A stretch of 64,000 bases of DNA, taken from positions 102,037 to 166,036 of the forward strand of contig CAIVRH010000029.1 of NCBI GenBank assembly GCA_903908285.1, read 5' to 3'. Shown here piece after piece: positions 9,941 through 19,264 of this stretch (its first letter is position 1; each line of letters opens with the position of its first letter). The notes under the pieces are model-generated. The model worked only from the letters and a program-made list of their open reading frames with translations, did no database searches and was not told the origin of the DNA. The stretch is from an uncultured candidate division Zixibacteria bacterium. Its GTDB lineage: Bacteria; Zixibacteria; MSB-5A5; SM1-73. Both the position numbers and the translations under genes were made by a program.

Positions 9941-10510
9941 TCATTTGATTATTATTGGTGGTCCGGTATATGGAGCATAAAAGTCGCCACTTACCCTCAT
10001 TGAGTCACCTCCACCGTACTCACTACCTATCTCCGCGTTGATAGTAAACTGTACCTCGCCTGGGAATCCGCACTTCAGCTTTTGAAAAACAATCCCACCG
10101 TTCGACACTTCCTGCTCATTTGACAATTCGTTGGGAGCATCAACAACATAAAGTAAGACCCCTTTCGGTTGGTCCCATATGAAATAATTGGGGAACTTGA
10201 TCTCCTCGCCTATCTTCACATCGTCGACTACTGCCTGCAAATGCCAACAGGTTTTGCTGTCTGGATAATTGGAATCATAACCTACAAGAACGTTAAGGGT
10301 ATTGGTAGGGATCAAACCTTCTTCCCATTGTCCGCACCAAACTGAAGTCCTGGAGCTAAATACGACTTGGGTTCCGTCGGACCGTGTAAAGATAAGATTA
10401 TTCTTCACTGGACCAGTATCGGAGCGAGAGCTATTCTTGTGACAACCAATTAGATTGAACACGGATAAAACACCCACCAACAATATAATATAATTGTTAA
10501 AACGTAGCAT
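9941..10510 (-). CDS. hypothetical lipoprotein
   Basis: Signal peptide with lipobox (VFNLIGC). 189 aa. Confidence 0.5.
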   Translation of the reverse strand: MLRFNNYIILLVGVLSVFNLIGCHKNSSRSDTGPVKNNLIFTRSDGTQVVFSSRTSVWCGQWEEGLIPTNTLNVLVGYDSNYPDSKTCWHLQAVVDDVKIGEEIKFPNYFIWDQPKGVLLYVVDAPNELSNEQEVSNGGIVFQKLKCGFPGEVQFTINAEIGSEYGGGDSMRVSGDFYAPYTGPPIIIK

Positions 10511-10712
10511 ATTGCCTCCTTTCCATGAGGTAAGAATCCATCTCGTAATCGTGGCTAAGAGTTTTGGCAGGAGTTACAGCTCATGACCTTGTATCTTACC
10601 TTTCAGATCGTATCTTATGATCCGAACTCCTTTTTGAAGTTGAGCGCTGCGAATAGCTCGCACCTAAATATCTACCTCTCAAGAACTCCCACTTTGAATA
10701 CGATCTTCCTGT

Positions 10713-10766
10713 GTTATTTTATCAATCTCCTCTTCATCAGCTTGGTGCCGATGTAGAAAGCGGCAA
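10713..10766 (-). pseudogene. short fragment of an ABC-2 permease 3' end
   Basis: tatcaatctcctcttcatcagcttggtgccgatgtagaaagcggc matches 20545-20600. It is interrupted by a GC-rich palindrome. Confidence 0.5.
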
Positions 10767-10905
10767 TTCTGTAAGGGTCGCACAGACGTGCCCCCAGGCG
10801 GGAGCGTCCGCTCGTCTGGGCATTCATGCGACCCCCGCCTTTAGCGGGGCTGTAAGCCGCGGGCTTGACTTGTGGTGAGTTTATCGAACCATGAATCAAG
10901 CCCCT

Positions 10906-11060
10906 ACTTTATCAATCTTCTCTTCATCAGCCTGATGCCGATGTAGAAAGCGGCGGATTCGAGGAGAATGATGTATAAAAAGTCCATTAAAAGTCCCGGA
11001 GAAGGCTCGCCGGAGAAAGCGGAGCGGGAGATATTGACTACGTGGGTAAGGGGAACTCTT
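10906..11060 (-). pseudogene. degenerate copy of the ABC-2 permease 3' end (about 150 bp)
   Basis: Near-identical to the last ~50 codons of the permease gene at 20545-20700 (…SGEPSPGLALD…YIGIKLMKRRLIK), same orientation. Confidence 0.65.
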
Positions 11061-11189
11061 GATTAGACCTCGCCCCTCTCCCTTTAAGGGTGAACCCCGC
11101 CATATAGATTTTTAATATTTTTCTTACAGAGTGGCTTTAAGACGTGCTGAAAAACTTATTCTGAATTGTAGGGCATACACCTGCTCTAT

Positions 11190-12140
11190 TCAACCATGAA
11201 TGATCTGCTCGAGTAAGAATCCGGAGATATCGGTTTTGATCTGTATCCACAACGGGAGGTGGTCGGAGAGCTGGTAAGTGAATTCCTCTTTTTTCATACC
11301 GTCCGGGAAAAGTTCCTGGATATGGGCTTCGTCTATGAAGAAATCGAGCACGCCCCCTGCATTGCTAAAATTCTCCGGGTAGTTTGGATAATGGAGGATC
11401 TGATCATAGCGTTTACTTTTGGCGAGATCAGTGCCGGGGGCATCGAGGAGCTTATCGGGAATCTTCAGGCCGTATTTGGTGATGGCCTTGAACGTGGGGT
11501 CCTCGCGCGAGGGGATGTTGAAGTCGCCCATGATCATGAAGTCATGGTCTTCTGCAAATTTGTCCAGACGCTTGCCCTCGATCCAGGCGGCCAACATGGC
11601 TATTTCGCCCTCGCGCCCCTCCATGCTGTCGCCCCACCGAATGTGCGTGGTCAGCACCACGAAATCGAAGATGCCGGATTTGAAGGAAGCGAGGTAAGGA
11701 CTTCGCCAAAAGGACTTCTCGGACAAATATTCCTGACCTATTTTCTTGCGCGGCTCGTTCGCCTCGGCGGCCAGTCCGTTGAAGGTGGCAGCCCGCTGGT
11801 CATAAACATAAGCCACGCGTTCCCGGTTGCCGCCTAGGTCGGGGATGACGTCCGAGAAAACCGCGCGCCAGTAAGGTCCGAGGATTTTTAAAACCCGGCC
11901 GAGGTCAGCGAGATTGTCTCGCAATTCAACGATCCCAATCAGATCGAACTGGCCGAGGATTTCCGCAATGTAATGGATGGCCGCTTCACTGCGTGGTGTC
12001 TTGCCAAACTCCCGGATGTTCCAGGTGGCAATATTCAAGGTTTCGTCGAGTTTCGACGAGGGAATTTTCGCTGCCTGAATGCGCTTCTGCAAGGCAATCA
12101 AACCCCGGGCAATGTCCGGAGAAACATCTCCATGTTCCAT
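11190..12140 (-). CDS. endonuclease/exonuclease/phosphatase (EEP) family protein
   Basis: 316 aa. IATWNIREFG near the N-terminus, GDFN, and C-terminal SDHLPLW are the EEP catalytic motifs. No signal peptide. Confidence 0.75.
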   Translation of the reverse strand: MEHGDVSPDIARGLIALQKRIQAAKIPSSKLDETLNIATWNIREFGKTPRSEAAIHYIAEILGQFDLIGIVELRDNLADLGRVLKILGPYWRAVFSDVIPDLGGNRERVAYVYDQRAATFNGLAAEANEPRKKIGQEYLSEKSFWRSPYLASFKSGIFDFVVLTTHIRWGDSMEGREGEIAMLAAWIEGKRLDKFAEDHDFMIMGDFNIPSREDPTFKAITKYGLKIPDKLLDAPGTDLAKSKRYDQILHYPNYPENFSNAGGVLDFFIDEAHIQELFPDGMKKEEFTYQLSDHLPLWIQIKTDISGFLLEQIIHG

Positions 12141-12409
12141 AGGTATCCTCCTTTACCGCTTGTACTACTATTTATCAGTTATATGGAGCATCTAAGCTAC
12201 TAACTGACAATGAATAAGCAGATAGGTCAATTATCCTAAAGGATGATCGACAATTTTTCCCATCCAGCAGTCTTGCAGACATACTTAACCTACTATTACC
12301 GGGTCGTGACAGCACATAACTACCATCGAGCTAACGCAAGAGGGTCAGGTGTAGGTAGAACGTCACCCGGACCCTCCGGTTAGGCCAAATAGAAATAGTA
12401 GAGCAGCCA

Positions 12410-13246
12410 TCAATCAAATTTCAACTCGCGTTTGGTTGCCTCGCATTCCAACTGCGGAGTCTGGTTGTAGTGCCCTGCGTTCAGGTGGGCGCGGATTTTT
12501 GTCAGCACCTGTGCACGGGAAAGCGAATTGTTACAGGCGTACATTTCTTTGCAGAAATAGTAAGTGAACGCCCCATGCCAACCACCGGCGATATGGGCAT
12601 CCGCACTCGTCTGGTCGGCACGGCAGGCAGCCCAGAGGATGTGATGCACGATCCCCTTTTCCAGCAACCCGCGCGCGAGTCCGCGAGATCGCTTCCCTTC
12701 CACCTCGATGAATGCCTCCAACGATGGGGGCGGCAGGTAGCGCGGCGTTCGATCAAGCAGCAGGTCAACCGCCTTGAGTCCCGTACCGCTGTGGCAGGTA
12801 TCCAAGTAAACCTCCAAAAGCACATTGGGAGGAAGCTGGATGAACAAATCTCGCAGCTCGTCATCCACGATGACATGATTCCTGTCCCATTGGTTGCCTG
12901 CCTGGGTCAGGTCATGCGGGCAAAACGCCTCATCCGCACGATCAGGTTCATCGTGGTTTAAATCCGGCACCTGTGTGCCATGACTTGACAGGCTGAATAC
13001 CAAGTAGGAGTATTTGCCTGCTTTTGCGCCATCTACCATGGTTTTGAGGTTGCTCATGATATTGGCTTTTGTGGCTTGTGCATCGTGTAGCTGGGTAATA
13101 TCTGTGCCGGCAAATCCGAGCAGCTTCTGCAGCAAAGCCGACATTTCGTTGGCATCATTGACACAACCTTGCAACGTAGAACCGGGATAGTTCTTGAACT
13201 GATTGATTCCGACACATAGGGCTTTTCTGTTACTAGGCATAAGCAC
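12410..13246 (-). CDS. caspase-like peptidase (family C14)
   Basis: 278 aa. KALCVGINQFKN...LQGCVNDA, catalytic His in SSHGTQ, and catalytic Cys in DTCHSG. No signal peptide. Confidence 0.8.
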   Translation of the reverse strand: MLMPSNRKALCVGINQFKNYPGSTLQGCVNDANEMSALLQKLLGFAGTDITQLHDAQATKANIMSNLKTMVDGAKAGKYSYLVFSLSSHGTQVPDLNHDEPDRADEAFCPHDLTQAGNQWDRNHVIVDDELRDLFIQLPPNVLLEVYLDTCHSGTGLKAVDLLLDRTPRYLPPPSLEAFIEVEGKRSRGLARGLLEKGIVHHILWAACRADQTSADAHIAGGWHGAFTYYFCKEMYACNNSLSRAQVLTKIRAHLNAGHYNQTPQLECEATKRELKFD

Positions 13247-13490
13247 CTCCTTAGGTTGTGCTCGTTGGGATTGACAGGACCGTTCAGTAACGAGCCAGAC
13301 TAAGCCGGTCCCCTTTCATTGAACTTCATCCTCTGACTGATTTTCCCCTCATTTTTACAAAAGCACTCTTTTCCCTGGCATAATGTCAAGCGTCGGTGGC
13401 TGGGTGGGCGCTTTTTCCTCTCCGTCCACGAACACCCGAATCAGGCGACGGTTTAGCTTGACAGCAATTACAGCCTAACTCACTTTTGAC

Positions 13491-14438
13491 TTAAAACTTA
13501 AACTGTCCGGTATCGATCCACTCATTCTTTAGAACTGACCACCAATCAACAGCGAGTCCTTTCAACACATAGTCATAAGGGAGCCAACCATAACCGCCGG
13601 TACCCCATTCTGGACCCCAAGAGTTTCTGATGAGTAAGGCTCCTGTGGTTTCGACACCTCCCGGATTGGTGTTTTTAATCGTCATTCTATCGTCGTAACC
13701 AACGGCATCAATGGCATGACCACCTAAAATCTTCTCTCCGGGTGTGGGAAAAGGTATCTTTCCGGTTGTGGCAGCCTGGGATAAGGAACTATACACCGTA
13801 AAGCCGAACATCGAGGGTAGATAAGCAGCTAAATTTGTCTTGATCCGATTCAGCAGAGCATCCTTAGGAGTTCCAGGCGGATCATAACGGTAGTAGCTAA
13901 TCGCCTTGTAGCTCTGGGCGTAGGCATAGCAGAATGCCGGCGGCTCCAGATCAAAGTGGTAGGTTGGAACAATAGGCTCGCCGATTCCTTTATCGGTGTA
14001 CGGCCAATATTCCTCCGGGGGCACGCCAAATAATACCAATGCGCCCATGGTGGTACGAAGAAAGGCTCCGGTGTCTCCAGACCAGTGTAACATGTTTCGG
14101 GTTGCCTTATAAAGGAAGAGTCTGGAAGCATCAATATGTTTTCCGAAGGCCTTTTTCTCAAAATACTCTACTATTCCAACACCCGCATGGGCCGTGCATG
14201 AACCAAGACTAAGTTGGTTCTCGATAGGAGAGCACCAGGGCCTTAAATCTGCAGATACCGGCAGGCTTACTCCCGCCGGTTCCGCTACTCCTGCTTTCTT
14301 GAGCATGGCCTTAACAGAATCTGCCTGTCCCAAAGCTTTAAGCGTTTCAGGAATATCTTCTTGCTCTACCGTGTGGTCCCTGAAATCGGGATAATCCGGT
14401 AGCCATCCCATTCCCAATTTTTCAATGATCTCAGCCAT
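13491..14438 (-). CDS. papain-like cysteine peptidase (family C1)
   Basis: CSPIENQLSLGSCTAHA (oxyanion Gln plus catalytic Cys), GGHAIDAVGYDD (catalytic His), and NSWGPEWGTGGYGW. The start is taken at the internal ATG at 14438, which has a GGAGGTG RBS; the longer ORF start at 14537 is unlikely. Cytoplasmic. Confidence 0.8.
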   Translation of the reverse strand: MAEIIEKLGMGWLPDYPDFRDHTVEQEDIPETLKALGQADSVKAMLKKAGVAEPAGVSLPVSADLRPWCSPIENQLSLGSCTAHAGVGIVEYFEKKAFGKHIDASRLFLYKATRNMLHWSGDTGAFLRTTMGALVLFGVPPEEYWPYTDKGIGEPIVPTYHFDLEPPAFCYAYAQSYKAISYYRYDPPGTPKDALLNRIKTNLAAYLPSMFGFTVYSSLSQAATTGKIPFPTPGEKILGGHAIDAVGYDDRMTIKNTNPGGVETTGALLIRNSWGPEWGTGGYGWLPYDYVLKGLAVDWWSVLKNEWIDTGQFKF

Positions 14439-15146
14439 AATATACACCTCCAATTCAATTAGGACCTTAGTTTGTCGAGTTTTTCTACCAAAACAACCTA
14501 CAAGACAGCAATCCGCTTTGCTAACTAATCGCTTCACCTCCTTTCAGCGCCAATCATAATGCCGCCTAACTCTGAATATACTGCCCGGTATAACACCCGG
14601 GGTACCGCTCCGAGTGTTATATAATACACAGCAGAAAAAACTGTCTACTTGGTCATATCCGATGAAATATCAGGTGGTCACATCGAGACGCCGGTTTTAT
14701 CGCAGCGTCTTCTTTGCGTCAATAGAGATTCCTTCGTGTCTATTTTTATACAACTAAGTCAAGAACCTGATACCGCTAATATTTATCAAGTTTATAGGGA
14801 CTTAGCCTGCGAACCTATTATAACTACCCCTAATTATATTTCTGTATTCTATTCTTAAAAAATATAGGACTACTGTCAAATTTTGTCAAGCTTTTTTTAT
14901 AATATTTCTGAAAAATCGTTCCTACGGGGCTTGATGCCCCTTCCTCCAACATTGAGGTCTTAAAGACCGAAGGGCAGGATGAAGCTCTCTTGTGCGTTGG
15001 TAACCTATTGAGATTCAACACGAAAACGAGCAGAGTCTACCTTAAGCAGGATTATTTTTGGCATTTATTCAGGGCTTTATATGGGGATATTTATGATTAA
15101 TAATTTCTATCGACTAAGATTAATTGAGGATATTGCTTCCGACCGC

Positions 15147-15296
15147 TATTTTATCAATCTTCTTTTCATCAGCTTGATGCCGATGTAGAAAGCGGCGGTT
15201 TCGAGGAGAACGATGTACAAAAAGTCCAGCGCCAAGCCCGGTGAAGGCTCGCCGGAAAAAGCTCAAGCGGGAGATATTTACTGCGTGGGTAAGGTG
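15147..15296 (-). pseudogene. degenerate copy of the ABC-2 permease 3' end
   Basis: About 150 bp, same orientation, roughly 90% identical to 20545-20700. Confidence 0.65.
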
Positions 15297-15310
15297 GAGA
15301 GTTTTTCTTA

Positions 15311-15375
15311 AACCTCTCCCCCTGTCCTAAGGATCTTCGATATCCCACTCTCCACATTTGTGGAGAGAGGGACTA
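15311..15375. repeat. family-1 variant between the permease fragment and the FMN-reductase fragment
   Basis: aacctctccccctgtcc...cccactctccacatttgtggagagagggac. Confidence 0.55.
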
Positions 15376-15386
15376 TTGGGCGGCCA

Positions 15387-15414
15387 AGAATAGTGTCAGG
15401 AGCACGAGGCTCCT
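15387..15414 (-). repeat. cassette-boundary element, copy b
   Basis: agaatagtgtcaggagcacgaggctcc immediately downstream of the FMN-reductase 5' fragment. rc has a GGAGC-ctcgt-GCTCC hairpin. Confidence 0.5.
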
Positions 15415-15424
15415 AACCTGCAAA

Positions 15425-15533
15425 CTTGCGTGGCTAAGGGCGCCAGCGCGATCAATGCTTTTGCCAATTTGCGATTCCACGAATCCTTCCGCAAACTGCC
15501 GACGAAGACTGCCACATTATAGTTCTTATTCAT
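15425..15533 (-). pseudogene. degenerate 5' fragment of a FMN-reductase gene
   Basis: rc reads MNKNYNVAVFVGSLRKDSWNRKLAKALIALAP... It matches 8735-8835 and is followed by a premature stop. Confidence 0.6.
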
Positions 15534-15544
15534 AATGATCCTTT

Positions 15545-15571
15545 AGAATAGTGTCAGTAGCGCGGGGCTCC
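15545..15571 (-). repeat. cassette-boundary element, copy c
   Basis: agaatagtgtcagtagcgcggggctcc, 5-30 nt downstream of the stop of gene 15576-16046. Confidence 0.5.
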
Positions 15572-15575
15572 AGAC

Positions 15576-16046
15576 CTACTTGCTCTTGCGTGTACACCGC
15601 CCTTTGTGTTTTTTTCTATCCCAAAATAGACTTCGCCAACTTTTAATCTCGAAGGGAACGAGGGCATTGTGCAGAGTTGAAGTACCTCTTGTCCGGACAT
15701 ATCGACCATTTTTCCGGCTCCAACCATGATCGTCGACAATTTTCTCTGCTTCAGAATAAGGCATTCCAAAGGCCCGGGTCTGCAACTCTGTCCCCACATT
15801 CCAAAGATAAACAATGTAGAGATCTGGAATTTTCAGATATTTCTGGTCCGTGAAGAACTCCTCTCCAGAAAAAGACTTCAACTGAAGAGGGAGGGCTCGG
15901 AAACCTTCATCCACGCAATCGGTATAGACGATGAGATCTATCCCTTCGTCAATGTCTGGGCGAGCAAACTTTATTCCCTCTCGGTAAAGCTTCTCTGCAA
16001 CGTAAGCTTCCCCGATTTTTTCGATTTGATGGCTCGATAGTTCCAT
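15576..16046 (-). CDS. small PD-(D/E)xK (Mrr-cat-like) nuclease-fold protein, hypothetical
   Basis: 156 aa. EKIGEAYVAEKLYREG...PDIDEGIDLIVY...LPLQLKS fits the D...D/E-x-K (QxK variant) pattern of Mrr-type catalytic domains. This is a weak call. Confidence 0.35.
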   Translation of the reverse strand: MELSSHQIEKIGEAYVAEKLYREGIKFARPDIDEGIDLIVYTDCVDEGFRALPLQLKSFSGEEFFTDQKYLKIPDLYIVYLWNVGTELQTRAFGMPYSEAEKIVDDHGWSRKNGRYVRTRGTSTLHNALVPFEIKSWRSLFWDRKKHKGRCTRKSK

Positions 16047-16088
16047 TTTATCTTTTCAGACTGGATATCTCGATTAAGACTCTTATCT

Positions 16089-16146
16089 CAAGTGCCCTGC
16101 GCACCTGAAAAACGAATAGTGGCAGGAGCATGAGGTATCTGACATA
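16089..16146 (-). repeat. cassette-boundary element, extended copy d
   Basis: caagtgccctgcgcacctgaaaaacgaatagtggcaggagcatgaggtatctgacata, downstream of the REC gene stop. Confidence 0.5.
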
Positions 16147-16205
16147 ATACAGCTACTAACTACTTTGTAGCAATACAGTTGTTGTAGCTAACTTAGTATT
16201 AGAAC

Positions 16206-16952
16206 TCATGTTGGTTGTTTTTTCCCAACTTTGATAGGATTCGACCGACTCTCTGCAATTGTCGTAATGGATTTTTGCACCAAACTCTCAATGGAGTAAC
16301 AAAACTCTATATTTTGGAAACGTACAATCATAACGTCTTTACTAATATTCTCAACTTGTTCCGGCTTATATGCTGTATAGAAGATAACTGGGAGGTCCCG
16401 AATTACAAGATCATCATGTTTCTCGCGTAGTTCTTTTATTTGCTCCATACCACCGTAGGTAGCATTCCCCTGTTTGTCTCTCCATTGAATATCCGATATA
16501 ATCAAGTCAAAGTCATTATCTTCCTCGATTCTTTTCTTAATGGTTTCCGGTGTGGCTGATATAACCTCAATTCCCAATGCCCTCAACAAGCGCCTCTCAC
16601 CAACAACCACATGTGGATTATCGTCTATCCAGAGGATTCTTCCCCCCTGCGCTTCAGCAATTTTGGAACCCAAACTCGCAAGCAGTCTTCTGAGCTTCTT
16701 AGGTTGAGCATCTAACATTCCATATAACGCTCCCTGAACCTGCGGTTGTTCTAATTGCAACTCGACGCCACCAGCCTTAAAGTATTTCAGTCTTTCCCAA
16801 GGAAGAACCAAGATCAAAACTGCAACAACAAAAAGCACAAGAATAGTGGTATCCATATTGTGACTTGCGATATCATGCATTTTCAACCTCATTAATATAA
16901 TTAACATCGCGAAACCGGTTAGTCCGAACTTTATCCCGAGCCACGTTTTCAT
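16206..16952 (-). CDS. membrane-anchored stand-alone response-regulator receiver (REC) domain protein
   Basis: Two N-terminal transmembrane helices, then a canonical REC: ILWIDDNP (acidic pair), DLIISDIQW (phospho-acceptor Asp), VIFYTAY (Thr), YKP (Lys). No output domain and no kinase nearby. Confidence 0.7.
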   Translation of the reverse strand: MKTWLGIKFGLTGFAMLIILMRLKMHDIASHNMDTTILVLFVVAVLILVLPWERLKYFKAGGVELQLEQPQVQGALYGMLDAQPKKLRRLLASLGSKIAEAQGGRILWIDDNPHVVVGERRLLRALGIEVISATPETIKKRIEEDNDFDLIISDIQWRDKQGNATYGGMEQIKELREKHDDLVIRDLPVIFYTAYKPEQVENISKDVMIVRFQNIEFCYSIESLVQKSITTIAESRSNPIKVGKKQPT

Positions 16953-17090
16953 TTGTTACCCTCGCTTGATTGGTTGACCTAGTAAATGTTTGCTATTCAA
17001 CTATTAACTATATGGTTACTTCATCTCACATTTTTGACACTTACCAGCGACAAAAAGGATTAATGTGCATTGGTTCCAAAGATTCACAGA

Positions 17091-17147
17091 TCAAGTGCCC
17101 TGCGCACCAGACAAATGAATAGTGTCAAGAGCACGGGACTGCTGATC
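17091..17147 (-). repeat. cassette-boundary element, extended copy e
   Basis: tcaagtgccctgcgcaccagacaaatgaatagtgtcaagagcacgggactgctgatc, downstream of the ABC ATPase stop. About 80% identical to copy d. Confidence 0.5.
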
Positions 17148-17208
17148 TACCTACTATTTCGCCTCTCCAATCTGAAACTAAAAATCCTTAATAAATTTTT
17201 TATCTTAA

Positions 17209-19002
17209 TCAGAATTTTGGCAAATTAAACAAGGTGCCAGCCTGTCCCTCATCATTTAGTTCCCTGATAATTTCTTCTTTCTTGAATTCAATAACCTTGT
17301 CATTTTCATCCCTTGGTAAATCTGCAGTAATTATAGTCAAGATGTACTGCAATCCATAGGAACCACAATATTCCCTGACAAGTTCTAGAAAATTATTCTT
17401 CTTTCTGTTATCAAGGCCCTCAAGGATGCCATCATGGTAAACGAATCTGAAAAAAGAGCGTTTTGCATAATTTTTCAATATGGCCAAATCGAAAGCAGCG
17501 CAAAGTAGCTTCTTGTAGGTTGTTCCTCTGCCTTCGCTTGTTGCCTCCATAGTTTTTTCATCATGGACAATATCAGCACTAAAGTCAATATTGCCCATAG
17601 TATTAATCTTAATAGACAATAAAGCTGAAATATTCAAAACTGCTTTGATAATCCTGTCAAAATCATTTCTAATATCGGAATATAAGCTCGCTCCAGCCTT
17701 AATTTGGTCGTTGATATTGTCAACAAGCCCTTTTCTCTTCTGTTCATATCCATCTATCTCTTTTTGTATGACAGCAACTGAATCAAGAGTCTCAAGCTGA
17801 GAATGCAGTCTTACTAAATCAGTCTCCTGGTGCACTAAGCTTTTCTGTAGCAATTTAAACTTATCAAAAGTATCTTCTCCTCGTAATATTCTGAGAAGAT
17901 CCTCTCTTTTTGAATTTAAATCTCTCAGTTGTCCGCATACCGAATCCTGCTCTTGCTTCAAAGTTTGAAGCCTTTCTTTTAGTCTCTTATTTCTTTCAGC
18001 AGAAATATTCTCATTAAATTTTACTAAATCCGTGTAGCCTTTCATCAGTTTATCAGGAAAATGAATCTGTGTTTCCTCAAATATCTGTTTTACTTCATTC
18101 AAGTCAAAATTGACTTTGGCTTCTAGAGCATCCTGAATTTTCTCAATCTCATAATTAATGTTGTAAACCTGATCATTAAGAGAGGCGATTTCAGTCTCAG
18201 TCTTCTCGACTAATTCTTTATTAATACTGAGCTCTTTTTCATAAAAATTAAACCTATCTATCTTTTCATAAGCTTCTTTTATTTCCCTCTGCTTTATTTC
18301 AATGGCTCCTTTTAGCTTGTCATATTCCTCTGTCTTTGTAGTCAAGGTCTTTTTATATTCCGCCTTGTATTTCTCCCTGCTCTCTATTGTCTTATCTATT
18401 TCATATTTCTCTTTCAACAAAGAGTCATCAAAACCCAATAATTTTGCAAGATAAGGCTTCCATTGAGAATGTTCCCCAATGCTGAATTTGCTTATCTGGA
18501 AAACATCTTGATAATCGCTTTGCGTCCTCAAGAAATAAGAAACACCTTTCCGGTAAGGCCATGGTGCTATCGAATCAAGATCAAGATAGGAATTAAGACT
18601 GTCTACCGCCTTCCGGATTGGCATTCCGCTGTAATCCCATTGCTTTTCTCCATGATTTTTAAAATCCTGGAATTTATCGTCATGAATTTTGAAACATATC
18701 TTGGTATTGTTATCAACACATCGTTTGATGGTTAGATATTTACCTGAATTAAGCAGTATCTCCAGATAAAACTCGAATCCCCTGAACTCTTTTTTATTGT
18801 CATAAAGAAAGTGCCCATCTTTCAACTCCTTAAGTAAAAGAAAATCAATAAGATGAATAAGGAGGGTTTTACCTAGATTATGTGAATCTTTATAAGTTTC
18901 CTTGGGTCTTCTGACTTTCCCATAAATTACATTAAAGCCTTCATTAAAGTGGATGGGCTTAAATATCTCGTCTCTGTTTGAATATATCTTGCTTAGTTTC
19001 AT
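17209..19002 (-). CDS. SMC-like ABC ATPase with a long coiled-coil insert (Lamassu LmuB / ABC-3C ATPase-like)
   Basis: 597 aa. N-terminal KLSKIYSNRDEIFKPIHFNEGFNVIYG...SHNLGKT (Walker A). About 300 aa of KE-rich coiled coil. C-terminal ...GRGTTYKKLL...FFRFVYHDGILEGLD (signature / Walker B / D-loop analogues). Confidence 0.6.
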   Translation of the reverse strand: MKLSKIYSNRDEIFKPIHFNEGFNVIYGKVRRPKETYKDSHNLGKTLLIHLIDFLLLKELKDGHFLYDNKKEFRGFEFYLEILLNSGKYLTIKRCVDNNTKICFKIHDDKFQDFKNHGEKQWDYSGMPIRKAVDSLNSYLDLDSIAPWPYRKGVSYFLRTQSDYQDVFQISKFSIGEHSQWKPYLAKLLGFDDSLLKEKYEIDKTIESREKYKAEYKKTLTTKTEEYDKLKGAIEIKQREIKEAYEKIDRFNFYEKELSINKELVEKTETEIASLNDQVYNINYEIEKIQDALEAKVNFDLNEVKQIFEETQIHFPDKLMKGYTDLVKFNENISAERNKRLKERLQTLKQEQDSVCGQLRDLNSKREDLLRILRGEDTFDKFKLLQKSLVHQETDLVRLHSQLETLDSVAVIQKEIDGYEQKRKGLVDNINDQIKAGASLYSDIRNDFDRIIKAVLNISALLSIKINTMGNIDFSADIVHDEKTMEATSEGRGTTYKKLLCAAFDLAILKNYAKRSFFRFVYHDGILEGLDNRKKNNFLELVREYCGSYGLQYILTIITADLPRDENDKVIEFKKEEIIRELNDEGQAGTLFNLPKF

Positions 19003-19015
19003 TTTCTATTATTGT

Positions 19016-19264
19016 TTACGTATTATTTTTACCAATAAATTCCAATGAATCTGTCTGTAAGTGGTATTCGATCATGCCGAGTAAATATAAAAAATCCAAC
19101 GACGGCACAAAAACATGTTTTACATCTTCTCCAATCTTGCCAACCAAATACTGCAATACCTCACTATATTCCATTACTCTGTTATTCTCGAACAGCTTAA
19201 TAAGCATGGAGGATACCCTGACTACAGATAAGTCCAAATCCATATATTTTGTCGGGGTTATCAT
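19016..19264 (-). CDS. small alpha-helical 'middle component' (LmuC-like) of the ATPase module
   Basis: 82-aa ORF tightly sandwiched between the effector and the ATPase: 4-nt overlap upstream and a 13-nt gap downstream, which suggests translational coupling. Confidence 0.35.
   Translation of the reverse strand: MITPTKYMDLDLSVVRVSSMLIKLFENNRVMEYSEVLQYLVGKIGEDVKHVFVPSLDFLYLLGMIEYHLQTDSLEFIGKNNT

Noticed and set aside
10714-10899. 61-aa ORF ending …AAFYIGTKLMKRRLIK
   Set aside because: A remnant of the permease 3' end fused to a GC-rich palindrome. Scored as a gene fragment, not a gene.
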